Assembly: GCA_040386535.1 (NCBI GenBank)
Contig: JAZKFH010000019.1
Coordinates: 391,376-455,375, forward strand
Length of the DNA: 64,000 bases
Origin: Myxococcota bacterium
GTDB lineage: Bacteria > Myxococcota_A > UBA796 > SXON01
Reading direction: 5' to 3'
The notes under the pieces are model-generated. The model ran no database searches. It was not told the origin of the DNA and saw only the letters and a program-made list of their open reading frames with translations. Of this stretch, positions 19,142-28,872 are shown piece after piece. The position numbers were made by a program, and so were the translations under genes. Positions within the stretch are counted from its first letter, which is position 1; each line of letters begins with the position of its first letter.

Positions 19142-20506
19142 TTGCGACGCTTGATCCTCCTCACGGTCGGGGTGGCCGCCTGTTCGGGCGCCCCCTCGGA
19201 CGTGGACACCACGCCGGTCAAGGCCGGCAGTGCCGTTCCGGCCGATCTCATCGCCCAGACCTGGCAGGTCCGCCTCGCGGTCGACGCCGCGCGCGCCCCG
19301 TTCGAGGGCCGCGCGGGGTGGGTCGCTTGGTTCCAGGGCAAGCGTGCCGAGTCGCTGCAGGGCTTCGTGGCCGACGCGGACGGTGCGGCCCAGGCCCGTC
19401 TGCACGCCGAGTATGCGGCCATCTACCGGCAGGCCGCCCTGCTCGCCGCGAATTCCACGGCGCAGGTGTACGGCGCCGACGCCCAACCCACCGATCCCGC
19501 CGAGACCAGCTACCTGCTGGGCGTGTCCGGCGCGATGTTGGGGGACGCGACGTTGATCGCGAAGCTCGGCTCCGCCGTCGGCTCCAAGGTAGCCGGCCTG
19601 GCCGAGCGGGACGCCGCGTGGAAGGCCTGGGCCGCCGCCGGTGCCGTCTGGCCTCCCGACGCGCTGGCCGCCGCCGCGCCGAACGCGCCCACCACGCCCA
19701 GCCCGGGCACGACGCCCGACGCGGGCGCCATCCCCCACTACGTCCTCCCCGAGCAAGGCGAGGCGACCACGGTCGACGCCGCCGACATTGGCACGTTGTG
19801 GGCGCTCTCCCGCTGGCACGAGGGCGCGGCCATCGCGGCGGCGCCCGAGGCCGAGCCGGCCATCCGCGCGTGGATCGACCCGTGGCGTCTCCCGCCCGAA
19901 GTGGCCGCGCAGCCCGATCGGGGCGGTGCCGCCGTCGCGATCCCGGATACGTTCCTCTTCATGTCCGCCATGACGACCCCGGGCGATGTCCTCTTCTTCT
20001 CCGACCTGGAGAGGAATGGCGCGTCTGCGGTCGCGGCCCACGCGTCGGACAGCCCGTACGCCGTCATCGTCGCGCGCTGCACCGAGGCCGGAAAGGTCTC
20101 GGTGGACTGCGTGCTGGACGAGGCCGCCGCGCTCGGCGCCGCCATCGAGGACGCGATGGCCGTGGCCGCCGGCAAGGAAGACGGCTTCCATCGCCCCTTC
20201 GCGGACTTTGCGCGGGTCGGGGTGCTCCGCGCCGCCGACCGGACCGCGTGGAAGCTCGAGGATCGGGAAGGCAGCGGCCGCCTCCGCATCAACGCGCTCG
20301 ACCGCACCATCGGCCCCGCGCGTGACCCCGTCTTTCTCCTTTCGGTGGCAGCGTGGGACGCTGGCAACCGGAACTCCGTCCGTGCCGAAGAGCTCGTGCA
20401 CGGTCTGCTGACAGAAGTTCCCGGCTTGGAGGCGGCCCGCCTCCCGCTGGATGCCCTGCACATTCGCCTGAGCCGGAATGCCGCCCCCGGCCGGCCCATG
20501 CATTGA
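19142..20506 (+). CDS. Hypothetical lipoprotein
   Basis: TTG start; MRRLILLTVGVAAC lipobox; Ala-rich helical sequence. Confidence 0.7.
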   Translation: MRRLILLTVGVAACSGAPSDVDTTPVKAGSAVPADLIAQTWQVRLAVDAARAPFEGRAGWVAWFQGKRAESLQGFVADADGAAQARLHAEYAAIYRQAALLAANSTAQVYGADAQPTDPAETSYLLGVSGAMLGDATLIAKLGSAVGSKVAGLAERDAAWKAWAAAGAVWPPDALAAAAPNAPTTPSPGTTPDAGAIPHYVLPEQGEATTVDAADIGTLWALSRWHEGAAIAAAPEAEPAIRAWIDPWRLPPEVAAQPDRGGAAVAIPDTFLFMSAMTTPGDVLFFSDLERNGASAVAAHASDSPYAVIVARCTEAGKVSVDCVLDEAAALGAAIEDAMAVAAGKEDGFHRPFADFARVGVLRAADRTAWKLEDREGSGRLRINALDRTIGPARDPVFLLSVAAWDAGNRNSVRAEELVHGLLTEVPGLEAARLPLDALHIRLSRNAAPGRPMH

Positions 20507-20517
20507 GGAGTCGCACG

Positions 20518-22125
20518 ATGAGCCGCCGAGGTCGCAAAGAAGGCGAGGGGTTGCGCGAAAACGCACGACACCTCCTGGTCGCCGCCGGTCTGGCGGGCGC
20601 CGTGCTCTCCACAGGCGCGGTTTTGAGCTTCTACGAGGAGTCACTCCCCGGGACGCTCAACCCGCTCTACGCCCAGTCGATGGTCGACTACCGCTCGCAG
20701 GAGCTGGTGTTCGACCGGATCTATTTCCACAGCCCCATCGACAACCGGATCATGAGCCGGGTGGTCGAGAAGGGTGAGCTCGCCGAGGGCGGCAAGGCCT
20801 ACAAGCTCACGCTCAAGGCCGGGCTGAAGTGGCACGACGGCAAACCGGTCACGTCGAAGGACGTGTGCTTCACCGTCAACGCCATGCTCGATCCCAAGAC
20901 GCCGAGCCCCATGGCCGCGGGCTACCGCACGGTGCTCGCGGGGTGTGAGGCCCAGGCGCCCACGGTGGCCCTCGTGCGCTTCACGAAGGTGTTCCACAAC
21001 CCCCAGGAGCGGCTCGGGTTCCCGCTGCTCCCCGAGGCGCCGTTCGCCGGCAACACGGCGATCTCGCCCGACCTCGACTTCTCGGCGCACCCGATCGGCT
21101 CCGGCGCCTACAAGGGCAACAAGGGCCGTCGCGGCGTCACGTTCGAGGCCTACCCGAACGCGCACCACGCCTCGACCATCGCGCAGCTGTCCCTCCAGGA
21201 GGGCGGCGATCCCGTCGTCCAGGTCGTGACCCTGCGCAACAACGGCGTCCAGGGCATCGTGGCCGTGCCGCCGCCGCTCCGCGCCGACGTGAGCGCGAGC
21301 GACGATCTGCAGCTGAAGTCCTACGACCTGCGGTCGTGGTGGTTCATGGCGGTCAACAGCAAGAAGGGCGCGCTGGCCGACAAGCGCGTGCGCCAGGCGC
21401 TCAATCTCATCATCGACCGCACCGACCTGCGCGAGAAGTCGATCGGTGTGAAGCCCGGCGAGCAGAACAGCCCCTGCGAGTTCATCTCGGGCCCGTTCGT
21501 CCAGTCCTCGCCGTTCTACAACCGGTCCATCCCCACCAAGGACAAGAGCGATCGCGCCGCGGCGTCGAAGCTCCTGACCGACGCGGGGCTCACCCAGATC
21601 GGCGGTCGTTGGCACTTCAAGGGCCAGCCGGTCGTCCTGAACATCGGCATGCTCGCGCCCCTCGACAACGAGGCGCCCGACTTGTTGACCCAGGTGGCGA
21701 ACCAGCTCGGCGCGGGCGGCTTCGAGCGCCAGGAGACCAAGGTCACGGTCGACGATTGGAATCGCCGCGTCCTGACCGGCAAGGCGACCGAGTTCGACTT
21801 GCTCGTCGGCAAGTGGTCGTTCGGCGTCGTGGAGGAGGTCAACGATCTCTTCGAGACCCGCGCCACGTCCAAGGGCACGCTGAACATCTTCAACTACAGC
21901 AACGCCACGGTCGACCAGTCGATCGCCGAGTACAACGCGGCGCGCACCGACACCGCGGCGGACGACGCCTACCACAAGCTCCACGGCATCCTCGCGGATG
22001 ACCTCCCGTACCTGTTCCTCTGGAAGCTCGACACCAAGAGCGCCTGGCGGACCGAGGTGCGCGGCAACACGATCTCGCCGTACTACTACTGGACCGAGAT
22101 CGACTCCTGGAAGTACGGGCCGTAG
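20518..22125 (+). CDS. ABC transporter substrate-binding protein, family 5 (peptide/nickel)
   Basis: GAGGAG SD before ATG 20518; TLNP, LKWHDGKPVTSKDV, PIGSGAY, DKRVRQAL, NIFNYSN, LADDLPYLFLW. Confidence 0.9.
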   Translation: MSRRGRKEGEGLRENARHLLVAAGLAGAVLSTGAVLSFYEESLPGTLNPLYAQSMVDYRSQELVFDRIYFHSPIDNRIMSRVVEKGELAEGGKAYKLTLKAGLKWHDGKPVTSKDVCFTVNAMLDPKTPSPMAAGYRTVLAGCEAQAPTVALVRFTKVFHNPQERLGFPLLPEAPFAGNTAISPDLDFSAHPIGSGAYKGNKGRRGVTFEAYPNAHHASTIAQLSLQEGGDPVVQVVTLRNNGVQGIVAVPPPLRADVSASDDLQLKSYDLRSWWFMAVNSKKGALADKRVRQALNLIIDRTDLREKSIGVKPGEQNSPCEFISGPFVQSSPFYNRSIPTKDKSDRAAASKLLTDAGLTQIGGRWHFKGQPVVLNIGMLAPLDNEAPDLLTQVANQLGAGGFERQETKVTVDDWNRRVLTGKATEFDLLVGKWSFGVVEEVNDLFETRATSKGTLNIFNYSNATVDQSIAEYNAARTDTAADDAYHKLHGILADDLPYLFLWKLDTKSAWRTEVRGNTISPYYYWTEIDSWKYGP

Positions 22126-22151
22126 GAGCAGTGGTCTGATGTCGTCCCGCA

Positions 22152-22220
22152 GCGTTCAGCCCCGGATTGACGGGGAACGCCACAGCCGCATCTCGCACCC
22201 GCGTGGGTGGATGTGGCTGT
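22152..22220 (+). promoter_or_regulatory. Double hairpin between SBP and permease genes (likely mRNA-stabilising or attenuating)
   Basis: GCGTTC.CCCCG/CGGGGAACGC (22152-22180) and ACAGCCGCATC/GATGTGGCTGT (22182-22220, G-U pair on + strand). Confidence 0.5.
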
Positions 22221-22242
22221 CTGCACGCGCCGGGGGCGCTCG

Positions 22243-23193
22243 ATGAAGGCGTGGTGGCTGCGCCCCGGCGTGCGTCTGTTGGCGGCGTTGCTGCTGCCGA
22301 TCGCCGTGCCCGCGATCATCACCGCGCTCATCTGGGCGCTGCCCGGCGATCCCGCCGAGATCATCTGCCCGCGGGAGATCTGCGGCGGCACCGACGCGCT
22401 CGCCGCGCGGTGGAATCTCGACGGCGGGCCCTGGAAGTTCTTCTCGGCGTGGATCGGCAACGCGCTGCAGGGTGACTTCGGCAACAGCTGGCGCCTCCAA
22501 CAAGGCGTGCCCGTCATGGAGCTCCTGAAGGAGGCCGTGCCGACCACCACGATCCTGATCCTCGCGGGGCTGGTCCCGCTGGTGCTCGGCGCCATCGGCG
22601 CGGCCACGGGGATCATCCCTCGCCGCGCGGATCCCGTCGCGTCGCTGGTCGGGCTCGTGCCCGCCGTCGTCTTCGCGCTCCTGTGCGCCGCGGTGATCGA
22701 GCTGAACTACGGGGCCGAGAGCTTCAACGTCGAGGCCACGCGCTTCCGCATCCTTCTCGGCGCCATCGTGCTCGGCTTCGCGGACGGCGCCTTCGCCGGC
22801 GCCACCACCGGGGTCCGGGCGTTGTTCAACACGGAGCGCAAGCAGCGCTACGTGACCGTCGCGTTGTTGCGCGGAGAGCGTCCGCTCGCGAACATGCTCC
22901 CGAACGTCTCCCCCGCGCTCGCCGGCCAGCTGCGGGCGCGTGTCCTCCACCTGCTCTCTGGCACCGTGGTGGTCGAGGTCGTGCTGCGCATCAACGGCAT
23001 CGGCGATCTGCTCTGGGGCGGCACCCTGCTCCAGGACTTCGGGGTCGTGCTGGCCGCGGCCACCGCCTTCGCGGCCCTCTCCGGAGCGTTGTTGCTGGTC
23101 CAGGCGACCACTGAGATCGTCGTGGCGCTCGTCGTCCGCCGCACGCCCGCCGTCGCGGCCGCGGTGCCCGCGCAAGCCCGGGCGGCCAGCTGA
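22243..23193 (+). CDS. ABC transporter permease (DppB/OppB-like)
   Basis: LPGDPA, LQGDFGNS, EAA-like loop YVTVALLRG, GTVVVEVV..INGIG. Confidence 0.85.
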   Translation: MKAWWLRPGVRLLAALLLPIAVPAIITALIWALPGDPAEIICPREICGGTDALAARWNLDGGPWKFFSAWIGNALQGDFGNSWRLQQGVPVMELLKEAVPTTTILILAGLVPLVLGAIGAATGIIPRRADPVASLVGLVPAVVFALLCAAVIELNYGAESFNVEATRFRILLGAIVLGFADGAFAGATTGVRALFNTERKQRYVTVALLRGERPLANMLPNVSPALAGQLRARVLHLLSGTVVVEVVLRINGIGDLLWGGTLLQDFGVVLAAATAFAALSGALLLVQATTEIVVALVVRRTPAVAAAVPAQARAAS

Positions 23194-23203
23194 TGGTGCG
23201 CTC

Positions 23204-24025
23204 GTGATCCCCCGCAAGTTCGCGCTCGGCGTCGGCCTCGTGTGCCTCCTGATCCTTATCGGGCTCGGGTTGTTCGCTCCCGCGCACCTCTCGGCGTTCG
23301 ACTCGGAGCGCGTGTACCAGGGCCCGCTCGACATGTTCCCGTTCGGGAGCGATCAACGCGGCCGCCCGCTGCTCGAGTACGCGCAGCAGGGCGCCTCGGT
23401 GATCCTGTTCCCGTCGCTGTTCGCGGGCCTCGTGGTCGGCGGGATGGGCGTCGTCGGCGGGTTGTTGCGATGCGTCGGCAGCGCGCGGGTCGACACCGCG
23501 GTGCAGGCCTTCGGCGAGATCGTCGGCAGCCTGCCGCGCATGGTGGTCATCCTCGTCGTCGCGCTGCTGATCCCGGCGGGATCGCGCGGCTTGTTCCCGC
23601 TGGCCTTCGCGTGGGCCATCTTGGCGAGCCCCGGCGCGATGGACGAGGCCGCGTCCGTCGCCGAGCGGCTCGGCGGCGCCCGCTTCGTCGAGGCGCTCCG
23701 GGCCCACGGGTTCTCGTGGTCGCGGGTGTTCCTCTACCACATCGTCCTGTTGAACCTCCGCCCCGTCGTGGTGCGGCAGGCCGCCGAGACAGCGATGCAG
23801 GTCACCTTCCTCGAGATCGCGCTCTCCTACCTCGCGGCCCAGGAGAACCAGTCCAGCTTCACCCACGCGGATGACGTGAAGTCCTGGGCAAACCTCCTCG
23901 AGATCGGCTACCCGAGCCTCGTGCTCGACGTGCCGACCGGCCACGCGCTCGGCCTCGGGCTCGCGCTCGTCGCCGTCGTCACATCGATGTCGCTCATGCT
24001 CTCCTCGGCGGCGAGGGCCCGATGA
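23204..24025 (+). CDS. ABC transporter permease (DppC/OppC-like)
   Basis: FPFGSDQRGR, EAA loop FVEALRAHG...HIV.N, LEIALSYL. Confidence 0.85.
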   Translation: MIPRKFALGVGLVCLLILIGLGLFAPAHLSAFDSERVYQGPLDMFPFGSDQRGRPLLEYAQQGASVILFPSLFAGLVVGGMGVVGGLLRCVGSARVDTAVQAFGEIVGSLPRMVVILVVALLIPAGSRGLFPLAFAWAILASPGAMDEAASVAERLGGARFVEALRAHGFSWSRVFLYHIVLLNLRPVVVRQAAETAMQVTFLEIALSYLAAQENQSSFTHADDVKSWANLLEIGYPSLVLDVPTGHALGLGLALVAVVTSMSLMLSSAARAR

Positions 24026-24783
24026 GCGACGTCCGTACCCAACCGCCCAGCAACGTCCTCGAGCTGCGCGATCTCGCGATCCGCGCGCCGGGGCGCGTCC
24101 TGGTGGACGGCGTGAACGTCGACGTGTACGCGGGCGCCGTCACCGCGCTCTGTGGCCCGTCCGGCGCCGGGAAGTCGCTCACGGCGCGGGCGTGCATGGG
24201 CGTGCTCGACGTGACTCCGGGCCTGTTCCGCGGCTCGTTGCGGTTCCCCGCGCTCGGGCCGAAGGACTGGTTCGCGGACGTGGTAGGGAAGGGGGCCCGC
24301 GCCCAGGCGGCGCTGCTGCGCGAGACCGAGTCACTCCGGGGCGGCTATCTGTCGTACTCGCCGCAGGCCGCGTCCAGCGCGCTGAACCCGGGGCGCACGA
24401 TCGGCCGGCAGATCGAGATGGCGATCGCGCGGCGCGCCATCCGGGTGCCCGCCGGTGACCTCGGCGGGCTCATCCGCGAGCTGCTCGACGAGGTAGGCCT
24501 CCAGCCCTACGTCGCGAGCTCGCTCCCCGGCGAGCTCTCCGGCGGCATGTGCCAGCGGGCCGCCCTCGCCATCGCCATCGCCCCCGATCCGCGCGTGCTG
24601 CTCGCCGACGAGCCCGAGACAGGGCTGGATCCCGTGCTCCGCCGGCAGATCGTCGAGCTGCTCGTGCAGGTCGGAAAAGCCCACGCCTGCGGCATCCTGC
24701 TCATCTCGCACCACGAGGACACGGTCGACAGGATCGCGGATCATGTCATCCGCCTTACGCCGGTTCACGCGGGGGGCGAATGA
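24022..24783 (+). CDS. ABC transporter ATP-binding protein (DppD-like)
   Basis: GPSGAGKS, LSGGMCQR, LLADEP, ISH. Confidence 0.92.
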   Translation: MSDVRTQPPSNVLELRDLAIRAPGRVLVDGVNVDVYAGAVTALCGPSGAGKSLTARACMGVLDVTPGLFRGSLRFPALGPKDWFADVVGKGARAQAALLRETESLRGGYLSYSPQAASSALNPGRTIGRQIEMAIARRAIRVPAGDLGGLIRELLDEVGLQPYVASSLPGELSGGMCQRAALAIAIAPDPRVLLADEPETGLDPVLRRQIVELLVQVGKAHACGILLISHHEDTVDRIADHVIRLTPVHAGGE

Positions 24784-25571
24784 GCACGCCGATCGTACGG
24801 GTGTCCAACCTCGTCAAGACCTTCCGCATCCCGGGCCCGTGGCCGTGGAGCCCCGTTCGCACGGTCGAGGCCGTGCGCGGCGTGGACTTCACGGTGGCCG
24901 CCGGCGAGGTCGTGGCGCTCGTCGGCCAGTCGGGCTCCGGCAAGACCACGCTCTCCCGCATCGTGCTCGGCCTCGAGGCCCCCACCTCGGGCGAGGTCTG
25001 GATCGAGGCCCATCGCTGGGACCAGATGAGCGAGCGGGAGCGCCAGAAGCACCGGATCGCCTACCAGTACATCCCGCAAGACGCGATGGCGGCGCTCGAT
25101 CCGCAGCAGACCGTGTTGGAGCACGTGGTGGAGACCCTCACGGTGCTCGCGCGCAAGCCCAAGCAGCAGGCAAACACCCTTGCGGTAGCGATGCTCGCGC
25201 GCCTCGGGTTGTCCCATCGCCACGGCGCGCTCCCCCGCGAGCTCTCGGGCGGCGAACAACGCCGCGTGACCCTCGCCCGCGTGCTCGCGCTCGAGCCTCG
25301 CCTCGTCGTGGCCGACGAGCCCACGTCCGGCCTCGACCCCGATCGCCGCGCTTCCGTCCTCGCTGACCTGATCGGCAACCTCCCAGCCGGCGCCGGGTGT
25401 ATTCTCGTCACGCACGACCTCGATGCCGCCGTCGACTATTGCCACCGCGCCGTGGTGATGCTCGAAGGCAACATCATCGAGGAGCTCGACCTGCGCAAGG
25501 ACGAACCCCGCCACCCGTACACCCGCTCGCTGCTGGACCCCTGGCAGACCCCGCCCAAAGGTGTCTCATGA
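24780..25571 (+). CDS. ABC transporter ATP-binding protein (DppF-like)
   Basis: GQSGSGKT, LSGGEQRR, VVADEPTSGLD, VTHD, HPYTRSL; ATGA overlap with the upstream gene. Confidence 0.92.
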   Translation: MSTPIVRVSNLVKTFRIPGPWPWSPVRTVEAVRGVDFTVAAGEVVALVGQSGSGKTTLSRIVLGLEAPTSGEVWIEAHRWDQMSERERQKHRIAYQYIPQDAMAALDPQQTVLEHVVETLTVLARKPKQQANTLAVAMLARLGLSHRHGALPRELSGGEQRRVTLARVLALEPRLVVADEPTSGLDPDRRASVLADLIGNLPAGAGCILVTHDLDAAVDYCHRAVVMLEGNIIEELDLRKDEPRHPYTRSLLDPWQTPPKGVS

Positions 25572-26833
25572 CCGCTACACGCGTCTCTCCCCAGCTCACC
25601 CCCCGGCTCTCGATCCTGCTCGCGGTCCTCGCGCTCGCTCCGCTCGCGTTCCCCTCCGTCATCGCCTCCGCCCACGCGGGCGAGGTCGAGAAGGCCGAGC
25701 ACACCCGCATCTCCGAGGAGATGCGCAAGCTCGCGTCCCGCAACGCGTGGCCGGCGGTCGAGGCCAGCTTCAAGCGCCTCGAAGAGCTGGAGAAGAAGGG
25801 TGAGGTCATCTCCTACAAGGAGTTCATGCTGGGCGCCGAGGCGGCCCGCGCGCTCGGGGACATGACGGCGAGCCGGTCGCGCGTCGAGCGCGCCTCCAAG
25901 CTGGATCCGACCAAGGAGGCGCTCGACTGGCTCTCCGATGTCGACAAGAACTACGGCAAGGTCGACATCAGCTTCGACGCCAAGTACGCCGGCGAGCGCA
26001 CGCTCGTCGCGTCCGTGCCCCCGTTCGCGCCGGATCAGCGCGCAGCGATCACCTTCGCCGCGGCCCAGATCGCCGCGGGCAAGGCCTACACCGGCCTGCT
26101 CCCCGCCGGTGAGTACGCCGTGGGGGACAACAAGGTGACCGTCGCGATCGGCGACAAGGTGGCCTCCCTCCGCATGGGCCCCCCGGCCGCCGCGGAGAAA
26201 GAGCCCTTCAAGCTGGCCTACGTCGGGCCCCGCGCGCAGATCGGCGTCGCGTTCACCGCGGGCAGCGCGGTCTCGGACAGCAGCCTCGCGGCCGATCCGT
26301 CCCTGCAGGCGGGCGCCTTCAGCGGCACCGGCGCGCGCATCGGCGTCGGTCTCGAGGTCGGCCTGTCGCAGAACTTCGGCGTGATCGTCGAGGTCGGCTA
26401 CCACAGCCTCTTCGGCGCCCCCGCGCAGGATCTCGCGGACTCCGACAACTTCCGCACCGCAGACAACAACCTGCACCTCGGCTACGGCTGGCTCGCGGGC
26501 AACCTCCGCTTCGGAAACCTCTGGATCGCGGCCGGTCCCATCTGGAGCGCGGGTGGCGGCGCGGTCACGGGGATCGACGAGCGCTGCCTCGACGGCGACA
26601 AATGTGGCCAGGATTATGCTGTCGCGGATGATGTTGCCGCCTACCAGCGTTTTGATGGCAACCCCAAGATGGGCGGCGGCGCCGCCAGTTTGTCCTATGC
26701 TCTGGTGGATCTCGGCAGCCTGAAGGGCGCGCTCACCCTCGAGGGTGGCATCGAGACCGACATGCTTCGTACGTACCCCTGGGGGCAGGTTGCCTTTACG
26801 ATCGCCCCGTCCGCATCGAGGAGGAAGGAATGA
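25568..26833 (+). CDS. Secreted protein: helical N-terminal domain plus probable outer-membrane beta-barrel
   Basis: Signal peptide ending AHA; TPR-like helices; alternating beta-strands (GARIGVGLEVG, FGVIVEVGY, YPWGQVAFTI). Confidence 0.65.
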   Translation: MTATRVSPQLTPRLSILLAVLALAPLAFPSVIASAHAGEVEKAEHTRISEEMRKLASRNAWPAVEASFKRLEELEKKGEVISYKEFMLGAEAARALGDMTASRSRVERASKLDPTKEALDWLSDVDKNYGKVDISFDAKYAGERTLVASVPPFAPDQRAAITFAAAQIAAGKAYTGLLPAGEYAVGDNKVTVAIGDKVASLRMGPPAAAEKEPFKLAYVGPRAQIGVAFTAGSAVSDSSLAADPSLQAGAFSGTGARIGVGLEVGLSQNFGVIVEVGYHSLFGAPAQDLADSDNFRTADNNLHLGYGWLAGNLRFGNLWIAAGPIWSAGGGAVTGIDERCLDGDKCGQDYAVADDVAAYQRFDGNPKMGGGAASLSYALVDLGSLKGALTLEGGIETDMLRTYPWGQVAFTIAPSASRRKE

Positions 26834-27873
26834 CACTGGCGCTCACGCTCGCGCTCACCACCACGGTCTTGGCGGGCGAAGTGACATGGGTGGGCGGCGG
26901 TCACGCTGGCAACCCGCAATGGTCCCCTGACGGCGCATGGTTGGCCTTCGAGGTCAACAACAACGCCGACAAGGTCGATTTCTACGTGGTCAAGGTGGCC
27001 AACGGCAACGCCTCTGCCCCGCAGAAGGTGGTGATCCCGGGCGGGAGCAGCAGCTTCTCCGCCGGGGGCAGCTACGCGGCCAACCCGAATTGGCACCCCC
27101 GCGGGCCGGTGCTGTTTGAAGCCGCCAACCCCGGCGGCCTCACGCGGCTCTACTTCCTGAGCCCAGGCGGCTCATCGCCGGCGGAGTACCTCTCCGTCGC
27201 CCAGGCGCCGGGCAACCTCGCGTGGCCGACCATCTCGCCCGACGGCGCCACTCTCGCGTTCACCTCGAGCGCGACCGGCCAGGGCGATGTGTACGTCTTC
27301 AGCCAGGCCACCAACAAGGTTGGCGTGACGATGACGACGGACATCCCCGAGAACGCCCCGCGGTTCTCGCCGGACGGCAAGGCGCTCGTCTTCTCCAAGA
27401 AGAACCAGGGCACCGAGGACCTCTTCACCCACGCGCTCGGCACCAGCGTGCAGACGCCGCTCAAGGGCGGCTCCGGTGACCAGAGCCGGCCCCGGTACGC
27501 GAAGGCGGACATCGTCTACTTCACGAACGAGCGTGGCGACGAGCACTGGGACATCGCCGCCATCCCCGCCGCGGGCGGTGAGCGCCGCGTCGTGGCGCAG
27601 GACATCCGGCTCCCGCTCCGCTCGCAGCCGTCGCTCACGCCGGACGCCACGGCCGTGATCTACACGTCGAGCGCCCCGGCGAAGGACAGCAGCGTCTACG
27701 TGACCAAGCTGGACGGGTCGGGCACCAAGGAGATCAAGACGGGCCTCTCCGCCGTCGGGGACGCGTCGCTCGTCACGGCGGCCGGTCGTACGTTCCTGGC
27801 GTTCACGGCGTTGCCGACGAGCGGGTCGGATTGGCGGCAGCTGCACATCATCGACGTGACGGGGCAGATCTAG
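26830..27873 (+). CDS. TolB-like (PD40/WD40) beta-propeller protein
   Basis: Repeats PQWSPDGAWLAF, PTISPDGATLAF, PRFSPDGKALVF, PSLTPDATAVIY; signal peptide. Confidence 0.85.
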   Translation: MTLALTLALTTTVLAGEVTWVGGGHAGNPQWSPDGAWLAFEVNNNADKVDFYVVKVANGNASAPQKVVIPGGSSSFSAGGSYAANPNWHPRGPVLFEAANPGGLTRLYFLSPGGSSPAEYLSVAQAPGNLAWPTISPDGATLAFTSSATGQGDVYVFSQATNKVGVTMTTDIPENAPRFSPDGKALVFSKKNQGTEDLFTHALGTSVQTPLKGGSGDQSRPRYAKADIVYFTNERGDEHWDIAAIPAAGGERRVVAQDIRLPLRSQPSLTPDATAVIYTSSAPAKDSSVYVTKLDGSGTKEIKTGLSAVGDASLVTAAGRTFLAFTALPTSGSDWRQLHIIDVTGQI

Positions 27874-27890
27874 CGCGTTCTGCGTCGTGG

Positions 27891-27998
27891 CCGGCGTGTG
27901 GGGGTCGCGGCGAGAACCCGTCCGGGGCCCCCGGCGGGTCCCCCCCAGAGGGGCCCCACCCGCCGGACCCGGCCGACGCCGCGACCCCCACACGCCGG
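27891..27998. repeat. Nested-hairpin intergenic element, copy C
   Basis: Perfect 22-bp inverted arms 27891-27912/27977-27998 around core AGAACCCGTCCGGGGCCCCCGGCGGGTCCCCCCCAGAGGGGCCCCACCCGCCGGACCCGGCCGA. Confidence 0.88.
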
Positions 27999-28175
27999 GG
28001 CAGCGTCGCTGTGGTCCGCGCGAGTCGGGCTTGTACGTCATCAGCGAGCCGCCTGGCCAGAACCGACCCGCCCGTCGGCGTGGCAGGAGTTGTGGAGCGG
28101 CTTGGTTCATGGGGCAGGGGCTCCGCCCCCGCAACGCCCCGGATACACGGGGTTTTCAGGCGCGGGTGGCCGGTG

Positions 28176-28823
28176 TCAGAACCAGGCGCACGCGCGGGGG
28201 GACAGGAAGTTCGCTCCCACGCCGTCTGCCCAGAAGCCCGTCCCGAGCGTCTCGGCGGAGGTGGCGTAGTACCAGGTGGCGGTGTTGGTGTCGGCCTGGT
28301 CGATGGCGTAGGTGGTGGCGAAGTCGTCGCCATACATGTCCTCGGGGCACGTGGAGTTCACCAGGTCGTACACGGCCGTGACGCTCATGCCGACCTCACA
28401 CGTGGGGCAAGAGCCGGTCGTGGTGGACGTGGCGGTCACGACCCACATCGCGACGCAGTCCGCGCCGCCGAGGGACTTCCACGTGTCGTTCGCGATGACG
28501 TAGGCGGCCTCCTCGCCGGTCCAGCCGCTCGTGGCGTCGCCGCGGTACTCGCCCCAGAAGTAGCGGGCCGCGCCGGCCGCGGGGGTGCCGCCCACGTCCT
28601 GGCAACCGTCCGCGTTGTTCACCATGGTGTCGCGCGCGTCGGGGAGGTCGGCGTCCGTGTCGGAATCCGTGTCGGTGTCGGTGTCCGCGTCGGTATCCGT
28701 ATCGGTGTCCGCCACCTCACCGCCGGTGTCGCAGTCCCCCGGCTTGTCGTTGCCACACCGGGTGTTGGTGGTTTCTGGGCAGCCCACGATGACCAGGGGG
28801 AACAAGAGGAGGGCCAGGCGCAT
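28176..28823 (-). CDS. Lipoprotein with Asp-Thr dipeptide repeat linker
   Basis: MRLALLLFPLVIVGC lipobox; DTDTDTDADTDTDTDSDTDAD; Cys-rich domain (CPTC). Confidence 0.75.
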   Translation of the reverse strand: MRLALLLFPLVIVGCPETTNTRCGNDKPGDCDTGGEVADTDTDTDADTDTDTDSDTDADLPDARDTMVNNADGCQDVGGTPAAGAARYFWGEYRGDATSGWTGEEAAYVIANDTWKSLGGADCVAMWVVTATSTTTGSCPTCEVGMSVTAVYDLVNSTCPEDMYGDDFATTYAIDQADTNTATWYYATSAETLGTGFWADGVGANFLSPRACAWF

Positions 28824-28872
28824 CGTTTCTCCGGAGGTGCGGCACATCCTACCGCACGCTACGGTGCTTGAC

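Noticed and set aside
17606..20644. Very long antisense/alternative-frame ORFs (also 52423..55614, 35168..37873, 59105..61771, 48680..50860, 30018..32285 and similar)
   Set aside because: Shadow ORFs typical of high-GC DNA: Arg/Gly/His-rich, no motifs, and overlapping well-supported genes on the opposite strand.
22130..22240. Riboswitch or hammerhead ribozyme (CTGATG plus hairpins)
   Set aside because: Lacks the CUGAUGA/GAAA core and any riboswitch consensus I recognise; hairpins after SBP genes are commonplace.
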